Assembly (NCBI RefSeq): GCF_003019035.1
Contig: NZ_CP027447.1
Source: Escherichia coli
GTDB taxonomy: Bacteria; Pseudomonadota; Gammaproteobacteria; Enterobacterales; Enterobacteriaceae
DNA: 64,000 nt
Reading direction: 5' to 3' (one strand)
Below the pieces are notes generated by a model. That model worked only from the letters and a program-made list of their open reading frames with translations, was not told where the DNA came from and did not search any database. Each line of letters opens with the position of its first letter. The first letter of the stretch is position 1. This document shows, piece by piece, positions 1-9,416 of the stretch. A program made the translations under genes and the position numbers.

Positions 1-741
1 TTTCGGCAGCGATTTGCCAATCATCGCAATGGCACCAATCGCCAGACTGTCGGTAAACGGTGTGGCGTTCAGCGCGCTGTACGCTTCAATGGCATGGGTT
101 AACGCATCAATGCCAGTCATCGCCGTGACATGCGACGGCACACCTTCGGTCAATGCGGCGTCGAGAATCGCCACATCCGGCATCAGCGAGGCATGGGCTA
201 ACACCTGCTTACGCCCGCTCACCGCATCGATAATCACCGTTACGTTGGTGGTTTCAGAGCCGGTTCCGGCGGTAGTCGGAATGGCAATCAACGGCAGGCG
301 CGATTGCAGAACGCTGGTTTCTGACATCTCTGCCAGCGTGCTATCCGGGTTCGTCACCAGCAACGCCACGGCTTTTGCTGCATCCAGCACCGAGCCGCCG
401 CCAAACGCAATCACCCCGTCACAGCCTGATTCACGCAACTGCGCCACGGCTGCACACACGTCGGTGATGCATGGTTCGCCCACCGGACATGGCCAGAGCG
501 TCATGGCGATACCTTTAACGGCCAGGCTACGTGTCAGCCCGGCGGTCATCCCTGCCTGATGCAAAAAGCTGTCTGCCATCACGAACAGATGTTTCAGCCC
601 ACGCGTTTGCGCTTGCTGCCCACAACTGCTCACCGCGCCCGGACCGCAAAGCGTCACCGGTGGAACGCTAAATGTTTTTACCCGTTGCAGATTCAGGGTA
701 TCGAACGCCTGAAAGAGCGCGGTCTGCAATTCATTTTGCAT
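1..741 (-). CDS. eutG: Ethanolamine utilization alcohol dehydrogenase EutG, partial (N-terminal part; rest lies beyond window start)
   Basis: Minus-strand ATG at 739-741 overlaps the eutJ stop (ATGCAAAATGA); N-terminus reads MQNE; no minus-strand stop is listed in the ORF track down to position 1; operon position after eutJ. Confidence 0.85.
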   Translation of the reverse strand, partial: MQNELQTALFQAFDTLNLQRVKTFSVPPVTLCGPGAVSSCGQQAQTRGLKHLFVMADSFLHQAGMTAGLTRSLAVKGIAMTLWPCPVGEPCITDVCAAVAQLRESGCDGVIAFGGGSVLDAAKAVALLVTNPDSTLAEMSETSVLQSRLPLIAIPTTAGTGSETTNVTVIIDAVSGRKQVLAHASLMPDVAILDAALTEGVPSHVTAMTGIDALTHAIEAYSALNATPFTDSLAIGAIAMIGKSLPK

Positions 742-1567
742 ATAGCCCCTCCGCTTTCTCTCGCCCGCTACTGGCGATCGCCAGCGGGGTCATAAACAAA
801 CTGTGCTGCGGTAAATGCACCTGTAACGCCGGAAATTGTTTGCGAAACAGTTCCGCCACGCCCGGTTGCATACAAGAGCCGCCCGCCAGCCATAAATCCG
901 TAATGCCCTGCCCTTCAATATGCCGGGCGACAATGTCCGCCATTTTTTCGTACACCGGTTTCACCGCGGGCCAAATCTCTTCACCGTGACCGCGCTTGTA
1001 CTGCTCTGCCTCTTCCAGCGAAATACGACGATTTCCGGCGAGAGTCAGAGAGATGTGATGTCCGCCGGTCGCTTCATCCGCCGAGTACGTCACCTTGCCC
1101 TTTTTCACGATGGCAATACCAGTAGTGCCACCGCCGATATCCACTACACCGGCGTTGTCCAGTTGCAGCAGATCCGCGACTGCGGTTGGCTCATCCAGTA
1201 CATGGCTCACTTCCAGTCCGGCAGATTCCAGCACGTTGATGGAAATACGCGGGTCCGTACCTGGAGGAAAAGAGGTCGCCGCATGGCTAAAACGGCGACC
1301 GAATTGCTGCTCGAGGGTGTCGAGATGGCGACGAACAATGGTGACCGCACCGAAGAAATCCCAGACGATGCCGTCGCGGACCACATCAGCCCAGTCGAGG
1401 CATACCGCCACCGGCTGACCGTCGCGGTCGACAACCATCGACACCACATCGCAGGTGCCCAGATCCACCCCCAGCCACAGCGGAGATTCCGTCGCGGCGG
1501 GCGTCTGGTTACACAGCGTTGCCGCCGTTTGCAGACGTGGGGTGAGCCATTGTTCGTCGTGCGCCAT
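731..1567 (-). CDS. eutJ: Ethanolamine utilization chaperone-like protein EutJ (actin/Hsp70 fold)
   Basis: 278-aa ORF with DLGT and DIGGGTTG ATPase-fold motifs; position between eutE and eutG. Confidence 0.93.
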   Translation of the reverse strand: MAHDEQWLTPRLQTAATLCNQTPAATESPLWLGVDLGTCDVVSMVVDRDGQPVAVCLDWADVVRDGIVWDFFGAVTIVRRHLDTLEQQFGRRFSHAATSFPPGTDPRISINVLESAGLEVSHVLDEPTAVADLLQLDNAGVVDIGGGTTGIAIVKKGKVTYSADEATGGHHISLTLAGNRRISLEEAEQYKRGHGEEIWPAVKPVYEKMADIVARHIEGQGITDLWLAGGSCMQPGVAELFRKQFPALQVHLPQHSLFMTPLAIASSGREKAEGLYAK

Positions 1568-1577
1568 CGGTTACTCC

Positions 1578-2981
1578 TTAAACAATGCGAAACGCATCGA
1601 CTAATACACAGCGACGCAGACGGACAAACGTCCGCGCGCTGGTTACCCCTTCACCGGTTGGCGTGGTGATGGTCATCGTGGTCCAGCCTTCCCCGCCCAG
1701 CCCCAGCCCGGCAATGCACGGTCCGTTCTTAACGAAAATGCTGGTATCAATGGCGTTCGCCATCTGGTTCATGTTTTCGATGTTGCGCGAGTGCATTGCC
1801 GCCGTGTGGTGGCAACCGCCTTCCAGTTTCACCGCCAGCGCAATGGCATCCGCCACGTTGGCGACGCGCACGACGGGCAGCACCGGCATCATCAGTTCAG
1901 TCACAGCAAACGGATGTTCTGCGGTGGTTTCTACAAACAGCAGTCGCGTTTGTTCCGGAACTTTAAGGCCGATTGCCGCCGCGATTTTCGCCGCATCGCG
2001 ACCAACCCAGTCACGGCTGACGGTGCCTTTTCCGCACTCGTCGATATTTTTCAGCAACACCGATTGCAGTTGCTGCGCCTGCTCTGCGGTCAGTTTCACC
2101 GCATGCTGGCCTTCCATCAGACGCATCAGTTCATCGGCTACGCTATCAACAACAATCAGTACCTTTTCGTCGGCACAAATGATGTTGTTATCGAAAGACG
2201 CGCCTTTGACGATGGACTGAGCAGCACGGGCGAGGTCGGCGGTTTCATCCACCACTACCGGCGGGTTGCCAGCGCCTGCGGCAATCAGACGTTTATTGGT
2301 GTGTTTACGCGCCGCTTCCACTACCGCTTCGCCGCCGGTCACCACCAGCAGGCCGATACCCGGGAACTTGAACAAACGTTGCGCGGTTTCGATATCCGGA
2401 TTGGCCACAGTAACCAGTAAGTTTTCCGGCCCGCCTGCGGCAACAATCGCCTGGTTGAGCAGCGTAATCGCCCGCTGGGAGACTTTTTTCGCCGCCGGAT
2501 GCGGGGCAAAAATGACGCTGTTGCCCGCGGCAATCAGGCTGATGGCGTTGTTAATTACGGTTGCCGCCGGGTTAGTGGAAGGCGTCACCGAAGCCACCAC
2601 GCCCCAGGGCGCGTTTTCAATCAGGGTCAGGCCGTTGTCACCGGTCAGCACCTGTGGTGAGAGGCACTCAACGCCTGGTGTGCCGCGCGCCTGAGCGACG
2701 TTTTTGGCAAATTTATCTTCAACGCGCCCCATGCCGGTTTCACTGACGGCAAGTTCCGCTAAATCTCTGGCGTGTTTTTCGCCTGCCTCACGAATGGCAG
2801 CAATGGCTAACTGGCGCATTGCCACGCTTTTTAACCCTTGCTGGGCGACTTTGGCTGCCGCAACGGCGTCATCCAGGGACGCGAAAACGCCCATCTCATG
2901 AACGGCGGCGGGCGGCGTGTCACTGCTTTGCATTTTCAGCAGTACCGCTTTCACCACCTGTTCAATATCCTGTTGATTCAT
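1578..2981 (-). CDS. eutE: Acetaldehyde dehydrogenase (acetylating) EutE
   Basis: 467-aa ORF, aldehyde dehydrogenase family; operon context. Confidence 0.94.
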   Translation of the reverse strand: MNQQDIEQVVKAVLLKMQSSDTPPAAVHEMGVFASLDDAVAAAKVAQQGLKSVAMRQLAIAAIREAGEKHARDLAELAVSETGMGRVEDKFAKNVAQARGTPGVECLSPQVLTGDNGLTLIENAPWGVVASVTPSTNPAATVINNAISLIAAGNSVIFAPHPAAKKVSQRAITLLNQAIVAAGGPENLLVTVANPDIETAQRLFKFPGIGLLVVTGGEAVVEAARKHTNKRLIAAGAGNPPVVVDETADLARAAQSIVKGASFDNNIICADEKVLIVVDSVADELMRLMEGQHAVKLTAEQAQQLQSVLLKNIDECGKGTVSRDWVGRDAAKIAAAIGLKVPEQTRLLFVETTAEHPFAVTELMMPVLPVVRVANVADAIALAVKLEGGCHHTAAMHSRNIENMNQMANAIDTSIFVKNGPCIAGLGLGGEGWTTMTITTPTGEGVTSARTFVRLRRCVLVDAFRIV

Positions 2982-2992
2982 GATGTTCTGCC

Positions 2993-3280
2993 TTATTTGT
3001 GGAAAATGACCTGACCGCCAGACACCACCTCATCGACGATGCCAATCACGCACAGATCGACCGGTGACGTTTCGCTTTTATGCGCCTGGCGGGCGGAACT
3101 GCCACTCACCAGCAACACCCACTCCCCGGTTCCCGCGCCAATATTGTCGATGGCGACGGCGCATTGCCCGTCAGGATTACCTTGTGGATCAATCATTTCC
3201 ACCATCAGCAATTTGTCATGCGCCAGTCCGTGATGGCGTACGGTACAAACAATTTGTCCAGTGACGACTGCCAGTTTCAT
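2993..3280 (-). CDS. eutN: Microcompartment vertex protein EutN
   Basis: 95-aa ORF, EutN/CcmL-like; operon context. Confidence 0.92.
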   Translation of the reverse strand: MKLAVVTGQIVCTVRHHGLAHDKLLMVEMIDPQGNPDGQCAVAIDNIGAGTGEWVLLVSGSSARQAHKSETSPVDLCVIGIVDEVVSGGQVIFHK

Positions 3281-3386
3281 ACCCGCCTCCGTGGCGTATT
3301 TCAGGTAAAAGCTCCCCCTACCCTCCGCAGAAGGTAAAATGAAAAAGGAGAGAGCGTGACGCCCGAATCGACGTCACACAGGGTGA

Positions 3387-3680
3387 TTACAGGTTGCTGC
3401 TATCGCCTTTCAGGCCGATCGGGAAGACTTCTTCCAGGTCGCCGTGCGGACGCGGGATAACGTGTACAGATACCAGCTCGCCGATACGCTGTGCCGCTGC
3501 GGCACCTGCATCGGTCGCGGCTTTACAGGCTGCAACATCACCACGAACCATGGCAGTACACAGGCCGCCGCCAATCTGCTTAACACCAACCAGCTTGACG
3601 CGCGCAGCTTTAACCATCGCGTCAGAAGCCTCAATCAGTGCAACCAGGCCCCGGGTTTCGATCATTCCTAATGCTTCCAT
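3387..3680 (-). CDS. eutM: Microcompartment shell protein EutM (BMC domain)
   Basis: BMC-domain sequence [11 protein letters not shown]...; start placed at the internal Met giving 97 aa (ORF track extends to 3722). Confidence 0.9.
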   Translation of the reverse strand: MEALGMIETRGLVALIEASDAMVKAARVKLVGVKQIGGGLCTAMVRGDVAACKAATDAGAAAAQRIGELVSVHVIPRPHGDLEEVFPIGLKGDSSNL

Positions 3681-3718
3681 TGTGCTTTCCTCTTTATCAG
3701 GGTCCAGAACGGGACCGT

Positions 3719-4735
3719 TCATTCAACCAGTGTTTGTAAACTGCTTTCGCGGTTCACTTCTGTCTGACGCGGCACAGCTGCCACCAGCGCCAGTTCGATA
3801 ATTTCCTGCACGCTACAACCACGAGAGAGATCGTGCATCGGCGCGGCAAGTCCTTGTATCAATGGCCCGACGGCACGATATCCGCCAAGTCGTTGTGCGA
3901 TTTTGTAGCCAATATTTCCGGCTTCCAGCGACGGAAAAACCATCACATTGGCCTTGCCTTGTAGCGGGCTGGCAGGCGCTTTTTGCGCCGCCACTTCCGG
4001 CACGAAGGCGGCGTCAAACTGCAACTCGCCATCGACAACCAGCTTTGGTGCGCGCTCACGGACGATTTCTGTCGCCTGCTGCACGTTGGCAACGCAGGGG
4101 TGACGGGCACTACCGTTGCTGGAAAACGACAGCATCGCCACGCGCGGTTCTTCTCCGGTGATGGCGCGCCAGGTTTCGGCGCTGGCAAGCGCGATATCCG
4201 CCAACTGCGCCGCCGTCGGCTGTGGCACCACGCTGCAATCGGCAAAACCCAACGCCGGACCGCTGTACTGTGGCAGCATCAGGAAAATGGATGAGAGCGT
4301 TTTACAGCCTGGCTGCAAGCCAATAATGCGTAATCCGGCACGCAGCACATTCGCCGTGGAAGAGAGGTTGCCCGCGATACAGACATCCGCTTTACCGGCG
4401 CTGACCATTGCTGCGGCGAACATCAGCGGGTCGGTAAGTTTTTCCAGCGCATCCGGCGGCGTTTTTTCGCCCGCGCGGGCCAGCCAGCGATGAGCAAATT
4501 CTTCCCGCATTGCGAGGTTGCCATGCGGATCAATCACCTGTAGCCCGTCCATCGCCACGCCATGACTGAGCGCAAACTGACGAAGTTCAAACGGATTGGC
4601 GACCAGAATGGGCGTTGCCAGACCTTGTTGATGTAAATATTGCGCAGCTTTCAGCACACGTTGATCTAACGCATCCGGAAAAACTACTCTGGCGGGCGCT
4701 CGCAACGCCAGTTCACGACAACGTTTAATAATCAT
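3719..4735 (-). CDS. eutD: Phosphotransacetylase EutD
   Basis: 338-aa ORF, PTA family; operon context. Confidence 0.93.
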   Translation of the reverse strand: MIIKRCRELALRAPARVVFPDALDQRVLKAAQYLHQQGLATPILVANPFELRQFALSHGVAMDGLQVIDPHGNLAMREEFAHRWLARAGEKTPPDALEKLTDPLMFAAAMVSAGKADVCIAGNLSSTANVLRAGLRIIGLQPGCKTLSSIFLMLPQYSGPALGFADCSVVPQPTAAQLADIALASAETWRAITGEEPRVAMLSFSSNGSARHPCVANVQQATEIVRERAPKLVVDGELQFDAAFVPEVAAQKAPASPLQGKANVMVFPSLEAGNIGYKIAQRLGGYRAVGPLIQGLAAPMHDLSRGCSVQEIIELALVAAVPRQTEVNRESSLQTLVE

Positions 4736-5535
4736 TGCGTTTCCCCCAGTCGTTGTTGGATCTGCTTCACCGTTAGCGGTTGTTTCGCTACGCTCAGGAT
4801 CATCATCACGTAAACCGTGCTCGAAAGGCGGTTCAGCGCCTGCAAAATGTCCGGGCGTAATACTTCAAAGCTGCGGGTGATAAAGACCTGCGCCGCTACG
4901 GTTTCGGTTTCCCGCACTTTGGTGCGTAGCAGATTTAGCAACGCCGCATCGCGCCCGTGGCTGGCTTCCGGCACCAGATGATCGTGGTCGAGATAACGCA
5001 GCGGCTGGTGAGAAAGCCGATGCAGATCTTCGTCAGAAAGCCCGACAATCGCTTGGCAGGCCAGCGGTTCCCCCAGCGCATCGGCACGCATAATGTTGCC
5101 AAGACGCGAACGGATATCCGCCAGCCACGGCTGCCACGGTTCCGCCAGTTCAATTTGCAGCCACACTGCCAGCGCAATGGTGCTGTCGAGAACCGCGCGA
5201 AAAGCCAGGCGCGGATCGCTTTTGGCAACCATTTTTTCCGCCGACAGGTGAGTCAGCGTATCCGGCTTTTTTGCCACCGGCTGGCGGCACAGTTCGCAGC
5301 ACGCCTGCGGATGTTCATCGCTACTGGTAAGCCCGTGAACGGGCTGCGGCTGCTGCTGTTCATCGTCAACAAACAGGCGGCCCTGCTCGTCAATAAACTT
5401 GATGCGCAGATGGCGGCTTTCCAGTAACTCCCGGGCAGAGGGCGTCAGGCGACTGTCCGCAGGGAGATGGATCTCTGCGCCTTCGCTGAGCGTATGGTTC
5501 GCTCTTAGCCATGCTTCGGTGATGAAATCTTTCAT
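4732..5535 (-). CDS. eutT: Ethanolamine utilization cobalamin adenosyltransferase EutT
   Basis: 267-aa ORF with Cys-rich motif (CCELC); operon context. Confidence 0.92.
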   Translation of the reverse strand: MKDFITEAWLRANHTLSEGAEIHLPADSRLTPSARELLESRHLRIKFIDEQGRLFVDDEQQQPQPVHGLTSSDEHPQACCELCRQPVAKKPDTLTHLSAEKMVAKSDPRLAFRAVLDSTIALAVWLQIELAEPWQPWLADIRSRLGNIMRADALGEPLACQAIVGLSDEDLHRLSHQPLRYLDHDHLVPEASHGRDAALLNLLRTKVRETETVAAQVFITRSFEVLRPDILQALNRLSSTVYVMMILSVAKQPLTVKQIQQRLGETQ

Positions 5536-6233
5536 AGGGATTGCCAGTTAGCCGGCCAGGCGACATACAGGAATTTCACGCTGGATGTCGTACCAAATTC
5601 GATACTGGAGCCTTTCGGGATAAACATCACATCGCCCGCTTTGGCGATCATAGTTTCGCCTTCGTGGCGAACATGCAGCTCCCCTTCCAGCACCATGTCG
5701 ATTTCGTCGTAGTTCAGGGTCCACGGAAAGAAGGCGTTCTCCCACTGCATGAAACCAGCGGCCATACTGCTGCCGTCGTCTCCGGTCACGAGATCAGTCA
5801 AGCCTACGCAGTGCGGTTCCGCGCCATCGAAACGACCAAACTTGACGCTGCTGCCATCAATCACTTTGATGCCGCCTTTGCCGGTCACCGATTTGAAGCT
5901 CGGCTGCATTGCACCCTGCTCCAGTGACTGTTTTTCCTTCATCACTTTTTCCATCAGCTGCGCGACCAGGCTTTCGGTAAACTGGCCTTCCGGTAGCTGG
6001 GCGATGATGGTTTCGCGGATGCGCTGGCTTTCGGTTTTATCGGCTGGCACGCTGGCGGGAACGGACGTCGTTACCGCAGTCGATTCATCACATTCGGTGA
6101 TGGTAAAACCCAACAGATCCGCCACTTCACGGGCTTCCGGGGTAATAATGCTGGCGCGCAGAACCACGGACATTGCCTGTTCGCCGCGCGCGTGTGCTTC
6201 ACGAATATCATTCGCTGTGATGAGTTTTTTCAC
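5532..6233 (-). CDS. eutQ: Ethanolamine utilization protein EutQ (cupin, acetate kinase activity)
   Basis: 233-aa ORF; operon context. Confidence 0.92.
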   Translation of the reverse strand: MKKLITANDIREAHARGEQAMSVVLRASIITPEAREVADLLGFTITECDESTAVTTSVPASVPADKTESQRIRETIIAQLPEGQFTESLVAQLMEKVMKEKQSLEQGAMQPSFKSVTGKGGIKVIDGSSVKFGRFDGAEPHCVGLTDLVTGDDGSSMAAGFMQWENAFFPWTLNYDEIDMVLEGELHVRHEGETMIAKAGDVMFIPKGSSIEFGTTSSVKFLYVAWPANWQSL

Positions 6234-6687
6234 CTGCTTCCTCCTGTTTGGTGAGAGATGCCAGATAATCCACCAGTTGCTGCACGCTTTGCGGGTCGTG
6301 GCTGTTTAGCTCGAAAATCGGCTCTTCGAAGCCCGTCTCAAGCAATAACTTTCGCGTTGCGGCGACGTCAGCATCCGGCATGTCCGTTTTACTGATGACG
6401 GCGATTTGCCGTTTGCTGACGCCAATATCCAGCAACCCGGCAGGCAACCGACTTTCCGGGTCATTCGCGCCGTGGACATAGATCAGCATGTCCACATCCT
6501 GTAGCGTGGTAATTAAGGCGTGATACCAGCGGGGATGGCTGAAATATTCACCCGGCGTATCAATATCGCCCTTATCATTAAATTCCACGGCCTGTGTTTT
6601 TCTGGCGAGGGTATAATTCCCCTGCAACGCATTAAATAACGTTGTTTTTCCTGCCCCGACGGTACCCACAAACGCAATTCGTTTCAT
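6208..6687 (-). CDS. eutP: Ethanolamine utilization protein EutP (P-loop GTPase/acetate kinase)
   Basis: 159-aa ORF with Walker A GTVGAGKTT; operon context. Confidence 0.92.
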   Translation of the reverse strand: MKRIAFVGTVGAGKTTLFNALQGNYTLARKTQAVEFNDKGDIDTPGEYFSHPRWYHALITTLQDVDMLIYVHGANDPESRLPAGLLDIGVSKRQIAVISKTDMPDADVAATRKLLLETGFEEPIFELNSHDPQSVQQLVDYLASLTKQEEAGEKTHHSE

Positions 6688-6699
6688 GAATGCCTCGTA

Positions 6700-7035
6700 T
6701 TAACTTTTGGTCATTTCACAAAGCGTATAATTTAATAAGCGTCCTAAACCACTGACGGTTTGTGATAACGCTTCTTCTACTGCGCCCACCGAGCCATAAA
6801 TCACCAGCGCGCCGCTAAAACGGTCGAGAAAACCGATATGCACATCGGCGGCTTTCAACGCTAAATCACCGGCGATCATCGCCGTTTCTCCGGGAGTTAG
6901 CGTCATAATGCCGATTGCGCCCGCATCCGGAACGCCGATTTTCTTCGCCAGTTCCTCGCCGGGATGCGCGATGAGATGCGCCAGTGTGACCTGTTTACCG
7001 GGCACAAATTCCTGAATGATGCGTTCTTTATCCAT
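6700..7035 (-). CDS. eutS: Microcompartment shell protein EutS (permuted BMC domain)
   Basis: Start placed at [10 protein letters not shown] giving 111 aa (ORF track extends to 7107); first gene of the eut operon. Confidence 0.9.
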
Positions 7036-7400
7036 GAGTCGCCGCCTGTGAAAAACTTTCGTGTATCGTGACAATTTTTCGTCAGAGTAAATAACAAAAT
7101 TCGGCAAGCGCGTTTAAAAGGTGAGGTAGATCACTAAGAATGGAGAGATATTTTATGTTAAGAAAAAAAACATACATTGTATGAATATAAACGGGAACCA
7201 ATAAGTTTTGTTTATCATATGTACTACAACATCTTTTAATAATCCCTCGAATCACCCGACGTTGTATTTTTAATAATTAGCAGAATACATATTTAATGTA
7301 CTGTTGTATTCTGAAAAATATTATTATCTTCACCCCATTTAAAATACATCTTACGCGATGATTTTATTCAGGAAATAAATAAAATGGATGGATCCCTGGA
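7036..7400. promoter_or_regulatory. Divergent AT-rich control region: eut operon promoter (minus strand, upstream of eutS) and promoter/leader of the inserted glycosyltransferase gene (plus strand)
   Basis: Non-coding, very AT-rich stretch between divergent genes; the eut main promoter lies upstream of eutS in enterobacteria; exact -35/-10 elements not assigned. Confidence 0.5.
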
Positions 7401-8471
7401 ATGAAAATTCACTACCTTGTCACCACCCTCGAAGCGGGAGGCGCTGAATTTGCGATTCCTGATATTGTGACTACTCTGCAAGACCTTGGTCATGAGGTGA
7501 AAATTTATGTCTGTGAACCCCGCGATATGGGAGCAGCGCCTCGTCTGGAAGCCGCTGGATTATCCTGGTGTTTATTATCAAATCGGCGGCGTTCTGAACC
7601 CATGCTTGTAGCTGCTTATCTGGCAAAAATCATTCACGACAAACCCGATCTCATCTGGACTTCGTTAAGTTGGGGGACTCGTATTGGGCAATGGGTCGGC
7701 CGGCTTATGGGCATTCCTGTTATCAGTTTTAAACATAGCGCCAGCGTAAAACCAGCGACCTGGCGTATGCGCAACATGTCTCGTTTATGGATAGGAGATT
7801 CTGAAACCGTAGCTCAATACCTGCATGAAACCATGTTGATCCCGAAGCAACAAGTGCTGTGCTGGCCCTTTTTTCAGGCGAATCCGCAAGCTGCCCAAGC
7901 GCAAAACTGGGACGGGAAATCAGTTTTACAATTAGGCTCTGTTGGACGCCTGCATGAAGTTAAAAATTACGCTGGATTAATTACAGCACTCGCTTCGTTT
8001 GTAGATAAAAACCCGCAATTGCGCTCGCGAATCCGATTAACCATTCTCGGTGAAGGGCCTGAACAGGAAGCATTGCAAAAAACCATAACGCAACACGCGT
8101 TGGAGGATGTGGTTTGTTTAGCGGGTTTTTCTGCGGATGTCGAAAATTTTCTTGCCGGATTACATGTCTACATCCAGACCTCCCGCTACGAAGGGATGTG
8201 CCTCGCTGCACACGAAGCCATGAATGCAGGGCTTGCAATCATCACGACTCCTGTAGGCGAACTTAAAGAATCGGTAATAGATGGTCATACTGGATATACG
8301 CTTAATGGCGAGCTAACGCCAGCGCTGGAGGGTGTGCTTAACCGTATTTTAAGTGAACCCGAAGAATTAGAACGCTATGGGCAAAATGTGCGGCAGTATG
8401 TATTAGCGAAGTTCAGCCATGAAAATTTTGTCCAGTCTGCAATCAACATCGTCAATAGACTTATTCACTGA
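7401..8471 (+). CDS. GT-B fold glycosyltransferase (GT4-like), accessory gene
   Basis: 356-aa ORF; C-terminal retaining-GT signature (SRYEGMCLAAHEAMNAGLAIITTPVGELKESVIDGHTGY, an E-x7-E-like motif); no signal peptide; weak ribosome-binding site. Confidence 0.8.
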   Translation: MKIHYLVTTLEAGGAEFAIPDIVTTLQDLGHEVKIYVCEPRDMGAAPRLEAAGLSWCLLSNRRRSEPMLVAAYLAKIIHDKPDLIWTSLSWGTRIGQWVGRLMGIPVISFKHSASVKPATWRMRNMSRLWIGDSETVAQYLHETMLIPKQQVLCWPFFQANPQAAQAQNWDGKSVLQLGSVGRLHEVKNYAGLITALASFVDKNPQLRSRIRLTILGEGPEQEALQKTITQHALEDVVCLAGFSADVENFLAGLHVYIQTSRYEGMCLAAHEAMNAGLAIITTPVGELKESVIDGHTGYTLNGELTPALEGVLNRILSEPEELERYGQNVRQYVLAKFSHENFVQSAINIVNRLIH

Positions 8472-8484
8472 ACAAGGCAGAAAA

Positions 8485-9387
8485 ATGAATTGCTATACCA
8501 CCGATCTTTGGCAGATAGGCATTGTTCAGGCCCCCATACAGCACATTGTTGCTTCTGGCAGTTTGGATGGCTTCAGGATTAAATGGATTACCCCGGATAA
8601 ATCACTCACTTTTCTTGCCGATCCTTTCGGTCTGTGGAAAAAAGGGGTTCTCTATCTTTTCGCGGAATCCTACGATTATCGGACTCGTCGTGGCGATATT
8701 ATCGCTTATAAGCTCAATGCTGACCTGGACGTCATTGAGCAACGAACTGTGCTACAAGAACCCTGGCATCTTTCTTATCCTTTTGTGTTTGAAGCCGATA
8801 ACGAAATCTGGATGTTACCTGAAGGATATAAATCAGGTACGCTAACGTTGTACCGCGCTATAGAGTTTCCCTGGCGATGGGAAAAGGTGCCAGATTTTTC
8901 ATTCCCTTGCGCTGCCATTGATGCCACCCCCTTTTACGCACAAGGAAAATGGTGGATGTTTTATACTCCCCCACTACCAAAGGCAGCCAGGACGGATACG
9001 TTAATGCTCGCTCATGCCCCCCATTTTATGGGGCCATGGGAAAACGTCCTGCAAACTGCCGCGCACAGGAATAAAAGCGGCGCGCGTATGGGCGGAACAC
9101 CATTTGATCATGATGGGCAAATTTTCTTACCAACACAAGATTGCAGCCGAACCTACGGTGGCGCATTGCAGATGCTGACACTAGACCCACAACGTTTATT
9201 AACTCCAGAATTTGCTGCCTCTGTGCGCCTGGAAGTGCCTGCAAGTGCCGCGCCTTTTATTGCTGGCATGCATACGCTTTCTGGCGTTGGCGACGTAACA
9301 TTCATTGATGCCAAGCGACACCTTAAAGGTTCGCCTCAGCGATTATGGGTGGATTTGCAGCGGCGGATACAGAAGTGGATCAGCTAA
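8485..9387 (+). CDS. Uncharacterized protein, probable five-bladed beta-propeller glycoside hydrolase/phosphorylase-like (GH43/GH130-type fold, inferred)
   Basis: 301 aa from the ATG at 8485 (ORF track starts earlier at 8419); N-terminal blade-like motif FLADPFGLWKKGVLYLFAE with conserved Asp/Glu and many Trp/Tyr/Phe; no signal peptide; 13 nt after the glycosyltransferase stop. Confidence 0.65.
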   Translation: MNCYTTDLWQIGIVQAPIQHIVASGSLDGFRIKWITPDKSLTFLADPFGLWKKGVLYLFAESYDYRTRRGDIIAYKLNADLDVIEQRTVLQEPWHLSYPFVFEADNEIWMLPEGYKSGTLTLYRAIEFPWRWEKVPDFSFPCAAIDATPFYAQGKWWMFYTPPLPKAARTDTLMLAHAPHFMGPWENVLQTAAHRNKSGARMGGTPFDHDGQIFLPTQDCSRTYGGALQMLTLDPQRLLTPEFAASVRLEVPASAAPFIAGMHTLSGVGDVTFIDAKRHLKGSPQRLWVDLQRRIQKWIS

Positions 9388-9390
9388 ACC

Positions 9391-9416
9391 GCTTACCCTG
9401 AATATTCAGGGTAAGC
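9391..9416. terminator. Perfect 26-bp palindrome (GCTTACCCTGAATATTCAGGGTAAGC), likely bidirectional terminator between the convergent accessory gene and maeB
   Basis: Exact inverted repeat read directly from the sequence, between two converging stop codons; no strong U-tract. Confidence 0.5.

Noticed and set aside
14-559. 181-aa plus-strand ORF at the window start
   Set aside because: It lies antisense to the eutG coding region, which continues without a stop on the minus strand; no ribosome-binding site and a low-complexity Ala/Ser/Thr-rich translation typical of a GC-rich antisense frame.
920-1669. 249-aa plus-strand ORF overlapping eutJ
   Set aside because: Antisense to the well-conserved eutJ gene; Arg/His-rich translation characteristic of a spurious reverse-frame ORF.
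3681-3722. N-terminal extensions of eutM (to 3722) and eutS (to 7107) suggested by the longest ORFs
   Set aside because: The conserved BMC-domain proteins begin at the internal Met codons ([11 protein letters not shown] for Eut[11 protein letters not shown] for EutS); the upstream residues are not part of the known proteins.
1-7100. Possible CPZ-55 prophage in the eut region
   Set aside because: As I recall, the K-12 prophage sits further along the operon, beyond eutG and outside this window; no integrase, phage genes or att-like sequences occur here.
8522-8845. 107-aa plus-strand ORF in another frame within the accessory gene
   Set aside because: Overlaps the 301-aa ORF in an alternative frame; hydrophobic low-complexity translation; the longer frame carries the conserved-looking motifs.
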